Part shown: positions 16,283 to 24,928 of the stretch, one piece after another
How positions within the stretch are numbered: the stretch's first letter is position 1
Layout: the number at the start of each line of letters is the position of its first letter
Notes under the pieces: model-generated
The model's input: only the letters and a program-made list of their open reading frames with translations
The model's database searches: none
What the model was told of the DNA's origin: nothing
Program-made: the position numbers and the translations under genes
Source of the DNA: Candidatus Saccharimonas aalborgensis
GTDB lineage: Bacteria > Patescibacteriota > Saccharimonadia > Saccharimonadales > Saccharimonadaceae
DNA length: 32,000 nt
Assembly (NCBI RefSeq): GCF_000392435.1
Contig: NC_021219.1
Span: forward strand, 510,001-542,000
Direction of reading: 5' to 3'

Positions 16283-17653
16283 CTACTTTTTCCTATACCA
16301 GGTGAAACCATCTTTTGTCAAACTTTCGCGACCCGCCATTGGTGCCCTTTCACAGAGTGAGGCAGAAGCAATTTTACTGTCGAACCCACTTATAGTCCCG
16401 ACGTAAATAAATGTATGACCACTTGAAATTGCAACATCACCCGGCTTTAGCGTGGCGGTATCGATAGACGAAGCGGTTCCGAGGTTTTGCCAGTGGGCGT
16501 CGAGCCAATTCTTTTGAGTATCGGTTGGACCAGCACCATCAGACAACTTCCCATTATAGTTATAACTTGTGTCCCAACCGCTATCGATAACGAGCCTTGT
16601 TACAAACGCCCCGCAATCAACAGCTACTCCATCAACCACATCTCCCCTCTTGGCACAAAAATCCACCGTTGCTCCAATATACATACCTATTTTTTGTGCC
16701 TTGTCAGCAGCAGTGGCATACTCTGGTTTGCGAGTGGTGTAGGGGGGTGTGTGATATTGGGGCCAAGCGTACGCGAGCGTTGCGGCAGAGAGATCACCGG
16801 GGGTAATAGGTGAGTCAGGAGAGCAGGTACCGGTTGACTGAGTAGTTGTACCTCCGGTTGTCGTACTTGCTCCTGCCGATGGAGTAGTTCCTTTGAGTTC
16901 GTCATATATTTTTTGACCATTATCGGCACGCTTTTGAGCATGAGCTGGACTTTGGTCCAATGGTCGTTCAAAGCTATAAAGCCAAACATCAGAGGCTGCC
17001 TTTATACTTGACGCCGCCTTGATAGAGTCCCACTCACTTGCGCCACTAACGCCATACCCAGAACGAACCGTTCGTGTCGTGCTTTCTTGGTAGAGAAAAT
17101 CGAGCTCAACGGCAAGAATCTTATCATTGTCCTCAACTGATATACCTTCGGGAACATACCCATTTGCTTTGGAGGTTGCTCCACCGTACTGTTTATTAAA
17201 ATACTTTGCCATAATGTCGGGGTATTTGGAGGTAAGTGCGTCGACAATCGCGGTTCTGCGCGGCCCCGTCCACTGAACGATCCCATAACCGCCCTTAGTA
17301 AAATCATTTATGTAAGTACCCTCTTGGCGAAATGGGCTAAAACCACTCTCTTGTTGAATATTTCCCAAAATACCGGCAGCCTGTTGGTCACTTAGGCCCT
17401 TTGAAATAAAGTAATTCCACATTTTTGCTACGTTACCACTACCGGAAACTTGGCTACCAGAGCTTGAGCTGCTACATGACGTGTTACCACCCTTTTGATA
17501 GATAAAAATGTTGTTTGTTGAGTAATCTGCCTCACTTAACGCCGAGACAGGTACACCAGAGACGGTGATAAGCAAACTAAGGAATAGTGTTCGAAGCCAA
17601 ACACCGGCGCGAAACAACACAGAGGTTTTAGTAGGGACTCTTTGGTAGTGCAT
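16283..17653 (-). CDS. Secreted two-domain cell-wall hydrolase (lysozyme-like N-domain plus NlpC/P60-like C-domain)
   Basis: N-terminal signal/anchor. AAGILGNIQQESGFSP...GGYGIVQWTGPRR resembles the phage-tail-lysozyme type muramidase family. The C-terminal VDCGAFVTRLV ... GDVAISSGHTFIYVG has the Cys/His spacing of NlpC/P60 peptidases. SD AGGAGG at 17665-17660. Confidence 0.75.
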   Translation of the reverse strand: MHYQRVPTKTSVLFRAGVWLRTLFLSLLITVSGVPVSALSEADYSTNNIFIYQKGGNTSCSSSSSGSQVSGSGNVAKMWNYFISKGLSDQQAAGILGNIQQESGFSPFRQEGTYINDFTKGGYGIVQWTGPRRTAIVDALTSKYPDIMAKYFNKQYGGATSKANGYVPEGISVEDNDKILAVELDFLYQESTTRTVRSGYGVSGASEWDSIKAASSIKAASDVWLYSFERPLDQSPAHAQKRADNGQKIYDELKGTTPSAGASTTTGGTTTQSTGTCSPDSPITPGDLSAATLAYAWPQYHTPPYTTRKPEYATAADKAQKIGMYIGATVDFCAKRGDVVDGVAVDCGAFVTRLVIDSGWDTSYNYNGKLSDGAGPTDTQKNWLDAHWQNLGTASSIDTATLKPGDVAISSGHTFIYVGTISGFDSKIASASLCERAPMAGRESLTKDGFTWYRKK

Positions 17654-18035
17654 CGAGCACCTCCTGTGGTATTTTTTTCCGTTGCTCAGAGGATAATTTA
17701 AACGGATTGTATGAAGTAAACCCTCTTTCGTTTGGCTGTTTATCCTCTAGGAGACGATATATCTCGTAGGGTTCATCGGGTTGACTAGATTTGTAGGTGA
17801 CGATATACCATCCGTTTTGAAATGGTTCGACAGACACAACCCTCCAATCCTCAAAACGCTCAGAAATAAAGGGCCTGAGTCCCTGCACAAACTCCGCGTC
17901 AGTATAGGGGGGGAGCTTACCTAAAATACTCTCACGATCTACAGCCGACTTTGAGGAAAAATATACTCCTACTAACACTGAAATTACAAGAATACACACC
18001 AAACCAGTCGCAATAATAACTACTCGTCGATTCAT
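17628..18035 (-). CDS. Small bitopic membrane protein (hypothetical)
   Basis: 135 aa with an N-terminal TM helix (VVIIATGLVCILVISVLVGVYF). Its ATG follows the upstream TAG stop directly (18038-18033). I recognise no family. Confidence 0.6.
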   Translation of the reverse strand: MNRRVVIIATGLVCILVISVLVGVYFSSKSAVDRESILGKLPPYTDAEFVQGLRPFISERFEDWRVVSVEPFQNGWYIVTYKSSQPDEPYEIYRLLEDKQPNERGFTSYNPFKLSSEQRKKIPQEVLDALPKSPY

Positions 18036-21000
18036 CTAGGTGCCTCTCCTAAAATCACTCAGTAGCGACGTTATATTTGTTGTTTTTACCGATGTCCAGC
18101 CGAGCGTGTTTGGATCAACCCACCCCTTGTAAGTTTGTCCCCAGTTATTCTCAACAAACGAAGCATCGCGCACATGGCCGTCATTGAGAACCTTGTTATT
18201 GCCAAGGTAGATGACGACATGTCCGCAACTACTTTTTGTGTAGAGGAGTATAGCGCCCTTTGGAGGGTTTCGATCAGTGTGCTGCTTGTCGGGGTTTTGA
18301 TTCCAAAGATCTATCGCACATGCGTAACCGTAGCGGGTTGCTGTTCCATGCCAGATATAGGATGTAACTCGCGCACATTGGCCAGCTCCCTCTAGGGTAT
18401 CTCCCACAGCCTGTTCACTCGCCATTGCGTTATAATAGACGTTGTCAAAACCGACCACTTGGCCATTATCGGTGAATTTTCCAGTACCAGCACCAATTGC
18501 AGTTGACGTGGACTGGCTCGTTGCCGCACTCGTAGTATCGGTTGCAAGCGGCTTAATGCCCGTCTCCATGCCGTCGACGACTGATTGGTCAATCAAATAT
18601 AACCTGAACATTTTCACCATTGTCGTGGCATTTTTTTGCTCATCATAGCATTCGGCAGGAAGTCGCTTCTCATCAGGCACAACTGTGCTGATTGCTTTTT
18701 CGTTTGCACCATCAATACATGTCTTCTTGAATGTATCAAACGCCGAACCAGCAACGGGATTACCGTCATTGTCGACATAGTTATTGTCTTTCATAAAGGT
18801 CGCTACAGACTCTGGCGAGGTGTTTTCTAGCATATTTACGTCATTGAAACCATAGATGACATTACAATAGGGGTCAGTAGCGAGACCCTTTTCTTTTACA
18901 TCAGGATCATCGCATTCATCCATTAACTTCTCCCTATCTGATATGTCTGCCATAGCGGTATCAAGTTGAACGCCGCCAGACCATGAAAAGAGCGACGTTG
19001 GCAAGTGACCGATAAGCTGTGGGTACTTAATAATATTGAACTTCGAAAAGAAATTACTGAGCGAGCTTGCGACTACACTTCCCGTAGAATAGGGGTTGTT
19101 AAAATCAAAGGTACCAGCAGCGGTGTTTTGATCTACAGAGTACTGAGCGATGTATGACTCGTTATAGCCGGCAAATGCAAGGTAACTTTTTCTGCTGAGT
19201 GGAGTGAGGGCCCGTGAAAGTGCGATACCGCCCGCAGCGGCACCCGCACCCATGGCGAGAGTATCAAAGGCAGCAACACCATTTTCCTCACCGGTAATGA
19301 CGGTGCCCGTGGCCAAGTGAGCAATATACGGAACGAAATATCGCTCGATGATGTAGCCAATGAGGAAAGATCCGACAAGTGAGGCGGCAAACTTGACAAG
19401 TTGCTTGCCCGCGTCTTTCAAGGTAGATTTGATGGCATCTTTGGCTAATTTTTCTGTAATTCTTTTGACGACCTGCTCGACGATCTTATTTATGAGTACC
19501 TTTGCACTCCCTCTTGCGGCAGCCATTGCGCCTTCTACTGCGACATTGCCCGTTCCTAGCGTTGTGATAGCAAGTATTACCTGGATAATAACCGATAAAA
19601 GAGCGGTCATGAATTGAAAGGCACCAGTAGTGGCAACATTACACATATCATTAAAACCGAGACTCTTCCCCGTTCCAGGCATTGTAAATGATAACTTATT
19701 CATGAAAAGAAGATACGCTACGAGAGCTGATAAAATGGCACCACCCGTAATGCCTGTTTGGATAGGCGTGTTAGTTGGCTTATCATACGCGCTCCAACTA
19801 TACGCAGTCGAATCCCCGAAATTATCTCCGTTTGCATCTGGTCTCTGCAGGATTTCCATCGGTATAGACACATCACTCGTTGCCGCATCCCCCGCCATTA
19901 CCATTTCGCCAGACGAAATAATTTGCGTTGCCCAACGCATTGCTACAGCGATACCCGCAAATTTAGCGAGATCAACAATAATCTTTGCATATTGATGCCC
20001 TTGGCACATCTCAGTAACAATTGCCGCAGGATTTAATGCACCGTTAATACCCTCCCATACCTTTGATCCAAGCTTTTTTTCGTAGGGTGCATGGTTCATT
20101 ATCTCTCCCATATCGCTTGGAGTACCTGCTGGATGACCATTTTCCAGGTCAGTCTTTAGGGTCTGTTTTTCTTCTTCTACGGCATCACTAAAGTCACCCC
20201 CATTTTGCCCCTGAGTGAGATCCTCGCCACCAGTTTCGGCTTCAGCTAGATTTTTTGATACTTCTTTGGCGCGAGTTTTTGGATCATCATCTTCACTTGT
20301 GGTTGTCCACTTCGGGTCACGTATAAGGCGCTTATCCTTGAAAAATGTGCTCGCAACCTTGTCTCGCCAGACGGCGGCCCGCGATGGATATACCCCCCGC
20401 ATAGTTTCTCTAAAGGTAGTATCGTTTGCAAGCTTGGTGCGAAAGTCTTTAGCACTAATTCGCTCCTGGACAAACTTACCATCATCCTTCATAGTCGATA
20501 ACCATTTCACACCAGAGTAACGCCCATCTTTATCTGGATTTACATAGTTACCATCCTTATCAATGAGTGAATAGCCAGCCTCATTTAATTTCCTTGCTTG
20601 ATCTTCACTCATAGAGCTATAGCGGCAAAACATCTTAATTCCCTGACTACACTTACCAGCCGTTGCGGTGTCGGTACCGCCAAAGATTCGGGATAGTAAT
20701 AAGCCATGAGAACGTGGCTCCTGTACCGAAGACATCGTGTCTACTTTGTCTTTTATGATCTGAACCGCATGCATAAGTCCCACGGGGCCGAGTGAAAAGA
20801 AGCCGCCTACACCCACAGCGCCAGCGAGAACGCCGAGAGGACCTTTCTTTTTGAGGAAATCAAAAACCTTTGCTTTTGTTGAGCCACCACCAGGCTTTGT
20901 GGGCTTGGTGACGTTATTGAGATAGTTGGCACTTGGGTTTTGCTCAGCAGCTCGGGCAATGTCAGTAGGATTATCTGCATTTGCAATAGCAGAGGAATTA

Positions 21001-21119
21001 CTCTCTGACTTCGTTGGTTCACCGTTAGATAATTGCTCTTTCTCTTTTAGGCTGCGAGCAGCAGGGCTAAAGTCATAGGCTTTATCAATTTCATCTTCAC
21101 GTTTTAGGGATGACGGCAT
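18036..21119 (-). CDS. Large polytopic membrane protein with a C-terminal CHAP-type peptidoglycan hydrolase domain
   Basis: 1027 aa with hydrophobic helices near residues 95-120 and about 455-640. The C-terminal GQCARVTSYIWHG ... SSCGHVVIYLGNNKVLNDGH matches the CHAP Cys/His pattern (GQC ... GHV). It sits directly downstream of virB4, as the hydrolase genes of monoderm T4SS loci do. Confidence 0.75.
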   Translation of the reverse strand: MPSSLKREDEIDKAYDFSPAARSLKEKEQLSNGEPTKSESNSSAIANADNPTDIARAAEQNPSANYLNNVTKPTKPGGGSTKAKVFDFLKKKGPLGVLAGAVGVGGFFSLGPVGLMHAVQIIKDKVDTMSSVQEPRSHGLLLSRIFGGTDTATAGKCSQGIKMFCRYSSMSEDQARKLNEAGYSLIDKDGNYVNPDKDGRYSGVKWLSTMKDDGKFVQERISAKDFRTKLANDTTFRETMRGVYPSRAAVWRDKVASTFFKDKRLIRDPKWTTTSEDDDPKTRAKEVSKNLAEAETGGEDLTQGQNGGDFSDAVEEEKQTLKTDLENGHPAGTPSDMGEIMNHAPYEKKLGSKVWEGINGALNPAAIVTEMCQGHQYAKIIVDLAKFAGIAVAMRWATQIISSGEMVMAGDAATSDVSIPMEILQRPDANGDNFGDSTAYSWSAYDKPTNTPIQTGITGGAILSALVAYLLFMNKLSFTMPGTGKSLGFNDMCNVATTGAFQFMTALLSVIIQVILAITTLGTGNVAVEGAMAAARGSAKVLINKIVEQVVKRITEKLAKDAIKSTLKDAGKQLVKFAASLVGSFLIGYIIERYFVPYIAHLATGTVITGEENGVAAFDTLAMGAGAAAGGIALSRALTPLSRKSYLAFAGYNESYIAQYSVDQNTAAGTFDFNNPYSTGSVVASSLSNFFSKFNIIKYPQLIGHLPTSLFSWSGGVQLDTAMADISDREKLMDECDDPDVKEKGLATDPYCNVIYGFNDVNMLENTSPESVATFMKDNNYVDNDGNPVAGSAFDTFKKTCIDGANEKAISTVVPDEKRLPAECYDEQKNATTMVKMFRLYLIDQSVVDGMETGIKPLATDTTSAATSQSTSTAIGAGTGKFTDNGQVVGFDNVYYNAMASEQAVGDTLEGAGQCARVTSYIWHGTATRYGYACAIDLWNQNPDKQHTDRNPPKGAILLYTKSSCGHVVIYLGNNKVLNDGHVRDASFVENNWGQTYKGWVDPNTLGWTSVKTTNITSLLSDFRRGT

Positions 21120-21145
21120 AGTATTAGTATATCCCCTTTATACAA

Positions 21146-22981
21146 CTATTGATTCCCTATCGCGGTTTGTTGTTGCAAAAGTGCACCAGGATTTGTAGTA
21201 ATGAGTTTCTGCTCGGTCTGACTGGCAATAATCTGTATATGGACATGGTTTTGACCCGCAAAGAAGAGACCTTGACCTACTGGGAAGTTTGAGAGTCGTT
21301 TGCGTTCTTCATCTGTTAATTTAAATACATCAGATAGCACATCGACAGCGCTGGTCGACTGTTTGAGGAGGAGCTGGAGAGAAGAGTTGGCGACAATCGC
21401 ACGCCCCATTTTGCTTCCCATGAAGTCTTCGACATCCTGGGTGATTGTAGTGAGACCAAGATAGTATTTGCGAGCACGCTTGGCGAGGCTAAAGAGGAAA
21501 TTGGCTGAGTCGTCATATTTCATAAGCTGCCAGGCTTCATCGACGATGAGCATACGCTTTTTTTGGATCGTGCGGGTGATGTTCCAGATATGGCTCAGTA
21601 CGATATACATTGCGACCGGTCGCAACTCGTCCTCGAGATCACGAATATTGAACACAACCATACTGTTATTGATATCAATATTTGATTGCTGAGAGAATAT
21701 ACCAGCAAATGTTCCGCTGGTGTATTTGCGTAGGCGCTGAGCGAGCTGAGGTCCGGTGCCCCCCATATGAAGGAGTGTATCGTAGAGATCACCGATCGTT
21801 GGCGGGGTAGAGTTATGGGTTAGTGGGTCACTGGTGATACCGGCGCGTGCATAGGTATCGATTAACCCCTGATCCAAGTCAGCTTCTTCGGCAGGAGTAA
21901 GCATGCCGATCGCCTGTCCGTTCACCACCGAGCCACCAAGCATGAGCCTGAAGAGGCCGTGTAGTGTGACGAGGTTCGCTCGGAGGGCGTCATCTGCCTC
22001 GTCGGTATCAATTACTTTTGGCAGGTCAAACGGATTGACGCGCGTATCGCTATTGAGGCTAAGTCGTATATAACTGCCGCCAACGGCATCACATAACTTT
22101 TGGTACTCGTTTTCAGGGTCGATAATGAGAATGTCCGCCCCCATCATCATAGTGCGTATTGCCTCGAGTTTGACGGTAAATGACTTACCTGCTCCAGACT
22201 TTGCGAAGACGACCATATTGGCATTTTCGAGCGAGTAGCGGTCAAAGATGACGAGGCCATTATTGTGCATATTTACCCCGTAAAGGACGCCTTTTTCTTG
22301 TGTCAGATCGGCACTTGTAAATGGAAAACTGGTTGATATCGCGCCCGTATTCATATTGCGGCGAATTTGTAGTTGGTCGGACATTTGAGGAATGGTGCTA
22401 TTGAGGCCCTGTTCTTGTTGGCTACCAGCTACCTTACTGTAGACTAGTTGTTGACCAAATAACGTTTCGATATTGTGCTGGATAAACCCGAGTTCTTCGA
22501 GGCTGTCGGCATAGAGTGTGACATACAGTCCAAAGCGGAAAAAGCGTTCAGCGCCAACCTGTAGCTGATCGCGCAATTCTTCGGCATCATTTAGTGCCGC
22601 CTCGCGCCCAGGGTCGCGCGTAAGTCCCTTTTCGGCGTTGATAGACATATCGGCTTCGAGCTGCGTTACTTTCTTGCGAAGATTATTGAGGACTACCTGT
22701 GTATCAACCGGGTAAATAAACATACTTATATCGATTACTTGGTCGATATTTATGAGCGAACTGAGCCAGCCCGTGTATAGTTCGCGGGGGTATCCGTAGA
22801 CATACATCGTTCGACCATACTTCGTTCCGACACGGAAATAACCTGAGTGAATCTCGAGACTACTTGGGGCGATGAGGTCTCGAAGTGTGGTCATACCCTT
22901 GAGAAAGGCTTGTTCGACCTCTACCTGCTCTCGCTCGCGTTGTTGAGCAGCAATATCAATAGGATCAAGCTTCTTTGCCAC
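21146..22981 (-). CDS. virB4: VirB4-family T4SS ATPase (C-terminal two-thirds of a canonical monoderm VirB4)
   Basis: Walker A VFAKSGAGKSFTVK and Walker B KRMLIVDEAWQLM. LIAPSSLEIHSGYFRVGTKYGRTMYVYGYPRELYTGWLSSL matches the conserved mid-region of Tn916-Orf16/TcpF/ConE-type VirB4. GTG start at 22981. Confidence 0.9.
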   Translation of the reverse strand: MAKKLDPIDIAAQQREREQVEVEQAFLKGMTTLRDLIAPSSLEIHSGYFRVGTKYGRTMYVYGYPRELYTGWLSSLINIDQVIDISMFIYPVDTQVVLNNLRKKVTQLEADMSINAEKGLTRDPGREAALNDAEELRDQLQVGAERFFRFGLYVTLYADSLEELGFIQHNIETLFGQQLVYSKVAGSQQEQGLNSTIPQMSDQLQIRRNMNTGAISTSFPFTSADLTQEKGVLYGVNMHNNGLVIFDRYSLENANMVVFAKSGAGKSFTVKLEAIRTMMMGADILIIDPENEYQKLCDAVGGSYIRLSLNSDTRVNPFDLPKVIDTDEADDALRANLVTLHGLFRLMLGGSVVNGQAIGMLTPAEEADLDQGLIDTYARAGITSDPLTHNSTPPTIGDLYDTLLHMGGTGPQLAQRLRKYTSGTFAGIFSQQSNIDINNSMVVFNIRDLEDELRPVAMYIVLSHIWNITRTIQKKRMLIVDEAWQLMKYDDSANFLFSLAKRARKYYLGLTTITQDVEDFMGSKMGRAIVANSSLQLLLKQSTSAVDVLSDVFKLTDEERKRLSNFPVGQGLFFAGQNHVHIQIIASQTEQKLITTNPGALLQQQTAIGNQ

Positions 22982-23859
22982 TAGATGATCCCCCCTGTTT
23001 GGGTCGGTGTGGGGAGTGTGCCGCCCTTACGGACATACGTTGCAGTAACGTTAGTAAAGTCGCCGAGCGGCTCACGCACGGCAGTATCGGGGTTATATAC
23101 GTTATAATACAACTCACCTAATTCTTTGGTTTTGAGTTGAACTGCGGTTATCCCCACTTGCATGAGGCCATTGATAACCGCATCGACGCGATTTTTTATC
23201 TCATCCTTTGCTTTTTCGTAGGTTGCTTTGTCGATTTTTACTACAGAACTTGATTGATTGGCCGAGGGGATAATTTTTCCAAAGAACCCCTTGCCCTTTT
23301 CGACAACGTTGCTGAGATCTCCAGCGGGTGAGAACGGGACAATTACAAAAAAGCTTTTATCCATAATATTTGCCTCTTGTGCTAGCACATCGATAAATTG
23401 GACATAATCGTCCATGAGGACATTGAGGAGCATATTTTCCTGAGTGCGGCGAATTCCCTCTAGCTTATCGAGGTAGGGACCAATGTCGACGCGCTGTGAA
23501 CGGATAAATATTTGGATGGGAAAATACAGTGCATTGAGAAAGTTCTGATAACTAAACTCAACCCCCTCTCGTTCGCGCGAGCTCATGAGATCAAAATTAA
23601 TCGACTTACAGGCGATAACTGCCCGGAAACTTCCGTCGGCCATGATGATCATATTTTCACGAATCTCAGATAGTAGCAGACTATTCTGGGTGCTGACCGG
23701 ACGTTTTGGCTGCTGGCCAGGGGTTTTTTGATTTGACTGCGGAAGCTGTGGAGCAACTGGGGGCTGAAATTGTTGCTGAGAAGCATCAACAACACCAATA
23801 TTCGGTGCTGCTTGCTGGGGTTGAACTGGACTTTGTTGGTTGTTTGGTGGCACTCCCAC
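22981..23859 (-). CDS. VirB4 N-terminal-domain-like protein with a Pro/Gln-rich leader (separate ORF)
   Basis: IRENMIIMADGSFRAVIACKSINFDLMSSREREGVEFSYQNFLNALYFPIQIFIRS follows the pattern of the first domain of monoderm VirB4 proteins (DG..y..v.....iNf.L.s..E......F...L....iQ). Its stop overlaps the next start by 1 nt (TAGTG). Confidence 0.6.
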   Translation of the reverse strand: MGVPPNNQQSPVQPQQAAPNIGVVDASQQQFQPPVAPQLPQSNQKTPGQQPKRPVSTQNSLLLSEIRENMIIMADGSFRAVIACKSINFDLMSSREREGVEFSYQNFLNALYFPIQIFIRSQRVDIGPYLDKLEGIRRTQENMLLNVLMDDYVQFIDVLAQEANIMDKSFFVIVPFSPAGDLSNVVEKGKGFFGKIIPSANQSSSVVKIDKATYEKAKDEIKNRVDAVINGLMQVGITAVQLKTKELGELYYNVYNPDTAVREPLGDFTNVTATYVRKGGTLPTPTQTGGII

Positions 23860-23882
23860 TCCCTTTATGCCAAGCTATCTAT

Positions 23883-24920
23883 CTAGTGCAGCGAGATGAC
23901 AACTTCTTGTTCGTCGTCACGCTTTTTCTTGCGACGTTCAGCCTCGTGAGCAATCGTCTCGATAGATAAATCGGTGTTATTTGCAAGATTAATTATATCA
24001 GGATCGACCCCGTTTCCGCTAGTGGTTGGAGTAGTATTTGTTTCGGGATTTACTATAGGAACTTGCGGCTGAACTGGTACCTGAGGCGGTACGGTTGGAG
24101 GCGGAGGTGACTGGGCGACGAGGGGCTGGATAACACTTTGATGAATATTAGAGGGATAAGGACTTGCCTGGTGGAGAGCCGCCAGATCACTCGCCGTTAC
24201 GGCTGCTGCCTGCGCAGGAGCAATTGTCAATGAGGCGTATGGGTCAGCGACGGGTGGGGTCGGGGGTGACACCTGTGTTTGCACAGAAGGTGTTACTTGT
24301 GTGGCTACATTTGAAGGCACAGTTTGAGGCGCGCGCATATGTTCGACAACTTCTTGACGACGACGAGCGTCGGACTGAGAGATCATAGTATCAATCGACT
24401 GCGCGATACCTCCTTGAGTATCCATGATATCGACAGTTTGCTGCGCCTCAAGAAACACATCGCTCACCATATTGCTGCCACTACCAGGTGTTGCCGCATG
24501 ACGAATGGCCCACCCCTCAGTATCAGCAATATTCGCGAGGTACGAGAGCCGACGTTCTGCTTCTGTCTGCGATAGGTCCTTGGTGCGCTGGACCTCAACA
24601 ACCTTTGGTGCAGTAATCTCTACGAGTGATTCTATACCATCGGGTATCCAGAGGCGTCTGCGCGGCTTGAGATAGTACGACAACAGTGCTGCCATGTATA
24701 TCTCCATCGGCTGGTCTTTGCGCAGTGGCAAAGCAAGTGCACCAAAAAAGACGATGATCGGTAGCGGAATAATCGCCAGAGGGACAAATAATTGCGCGAG
24801 TCCCCAGGCGAGGGTAATACTTATAGCAACAATGATGAGGTAGATAAATTGGCGAAAACTAAAGGGACCAATGAGTTTATCGTCTGCTTCAACATCTTGA
24901 GCTACTTTATAGACGGCCAT
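23883..24920 (-). CDS. PrgI/VirB3-like membrane protein with a long C-terminal extension
   Basis: N-terminus MAVYKVAQDVEADDKLIGPFSFRQFIYLII followed by two TM helices, the PrgI-family (VirB3 analogue) pattern, directly upstream of virB4. At 345 aa it has a Pro/Gln/Val-rich tail, versus roughly 120 aa in the PrgI-type proteins I recall. Confidence 0.65.
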   Translation of the reverse strand: MAVYKVAQDVEADDKLIGPFSFRQFIYLIIVAISITLAWGLAQLFVPLAIIPLPIIVFFGALALPLRKDQPMEIYMAALLSYYLKPRRRLWIPDGIESLVEITAPKVVEVQRTKDLSQTEAERRLSYLANIADTEGWAIRHAATPGSGSNMVSDVFLEAQQTVDIMDTQGGIAQSIDTMISQSDARRRQEVVEHMRAPQTVPSNVATQVTPSVQTQVSPPTPPVADPYASLTIAPAQAAAVTASDLAALHQASPYPSNIHQSVIQPLVAQSPPPPTVPPQVPVQPQVPIVNPETNTTPTTSGNGVDPDIINLANNTDLSIETIAHEAERRKKKRDDEQEVVISLH

Positions 24921-24928
24921 ACAAACTC

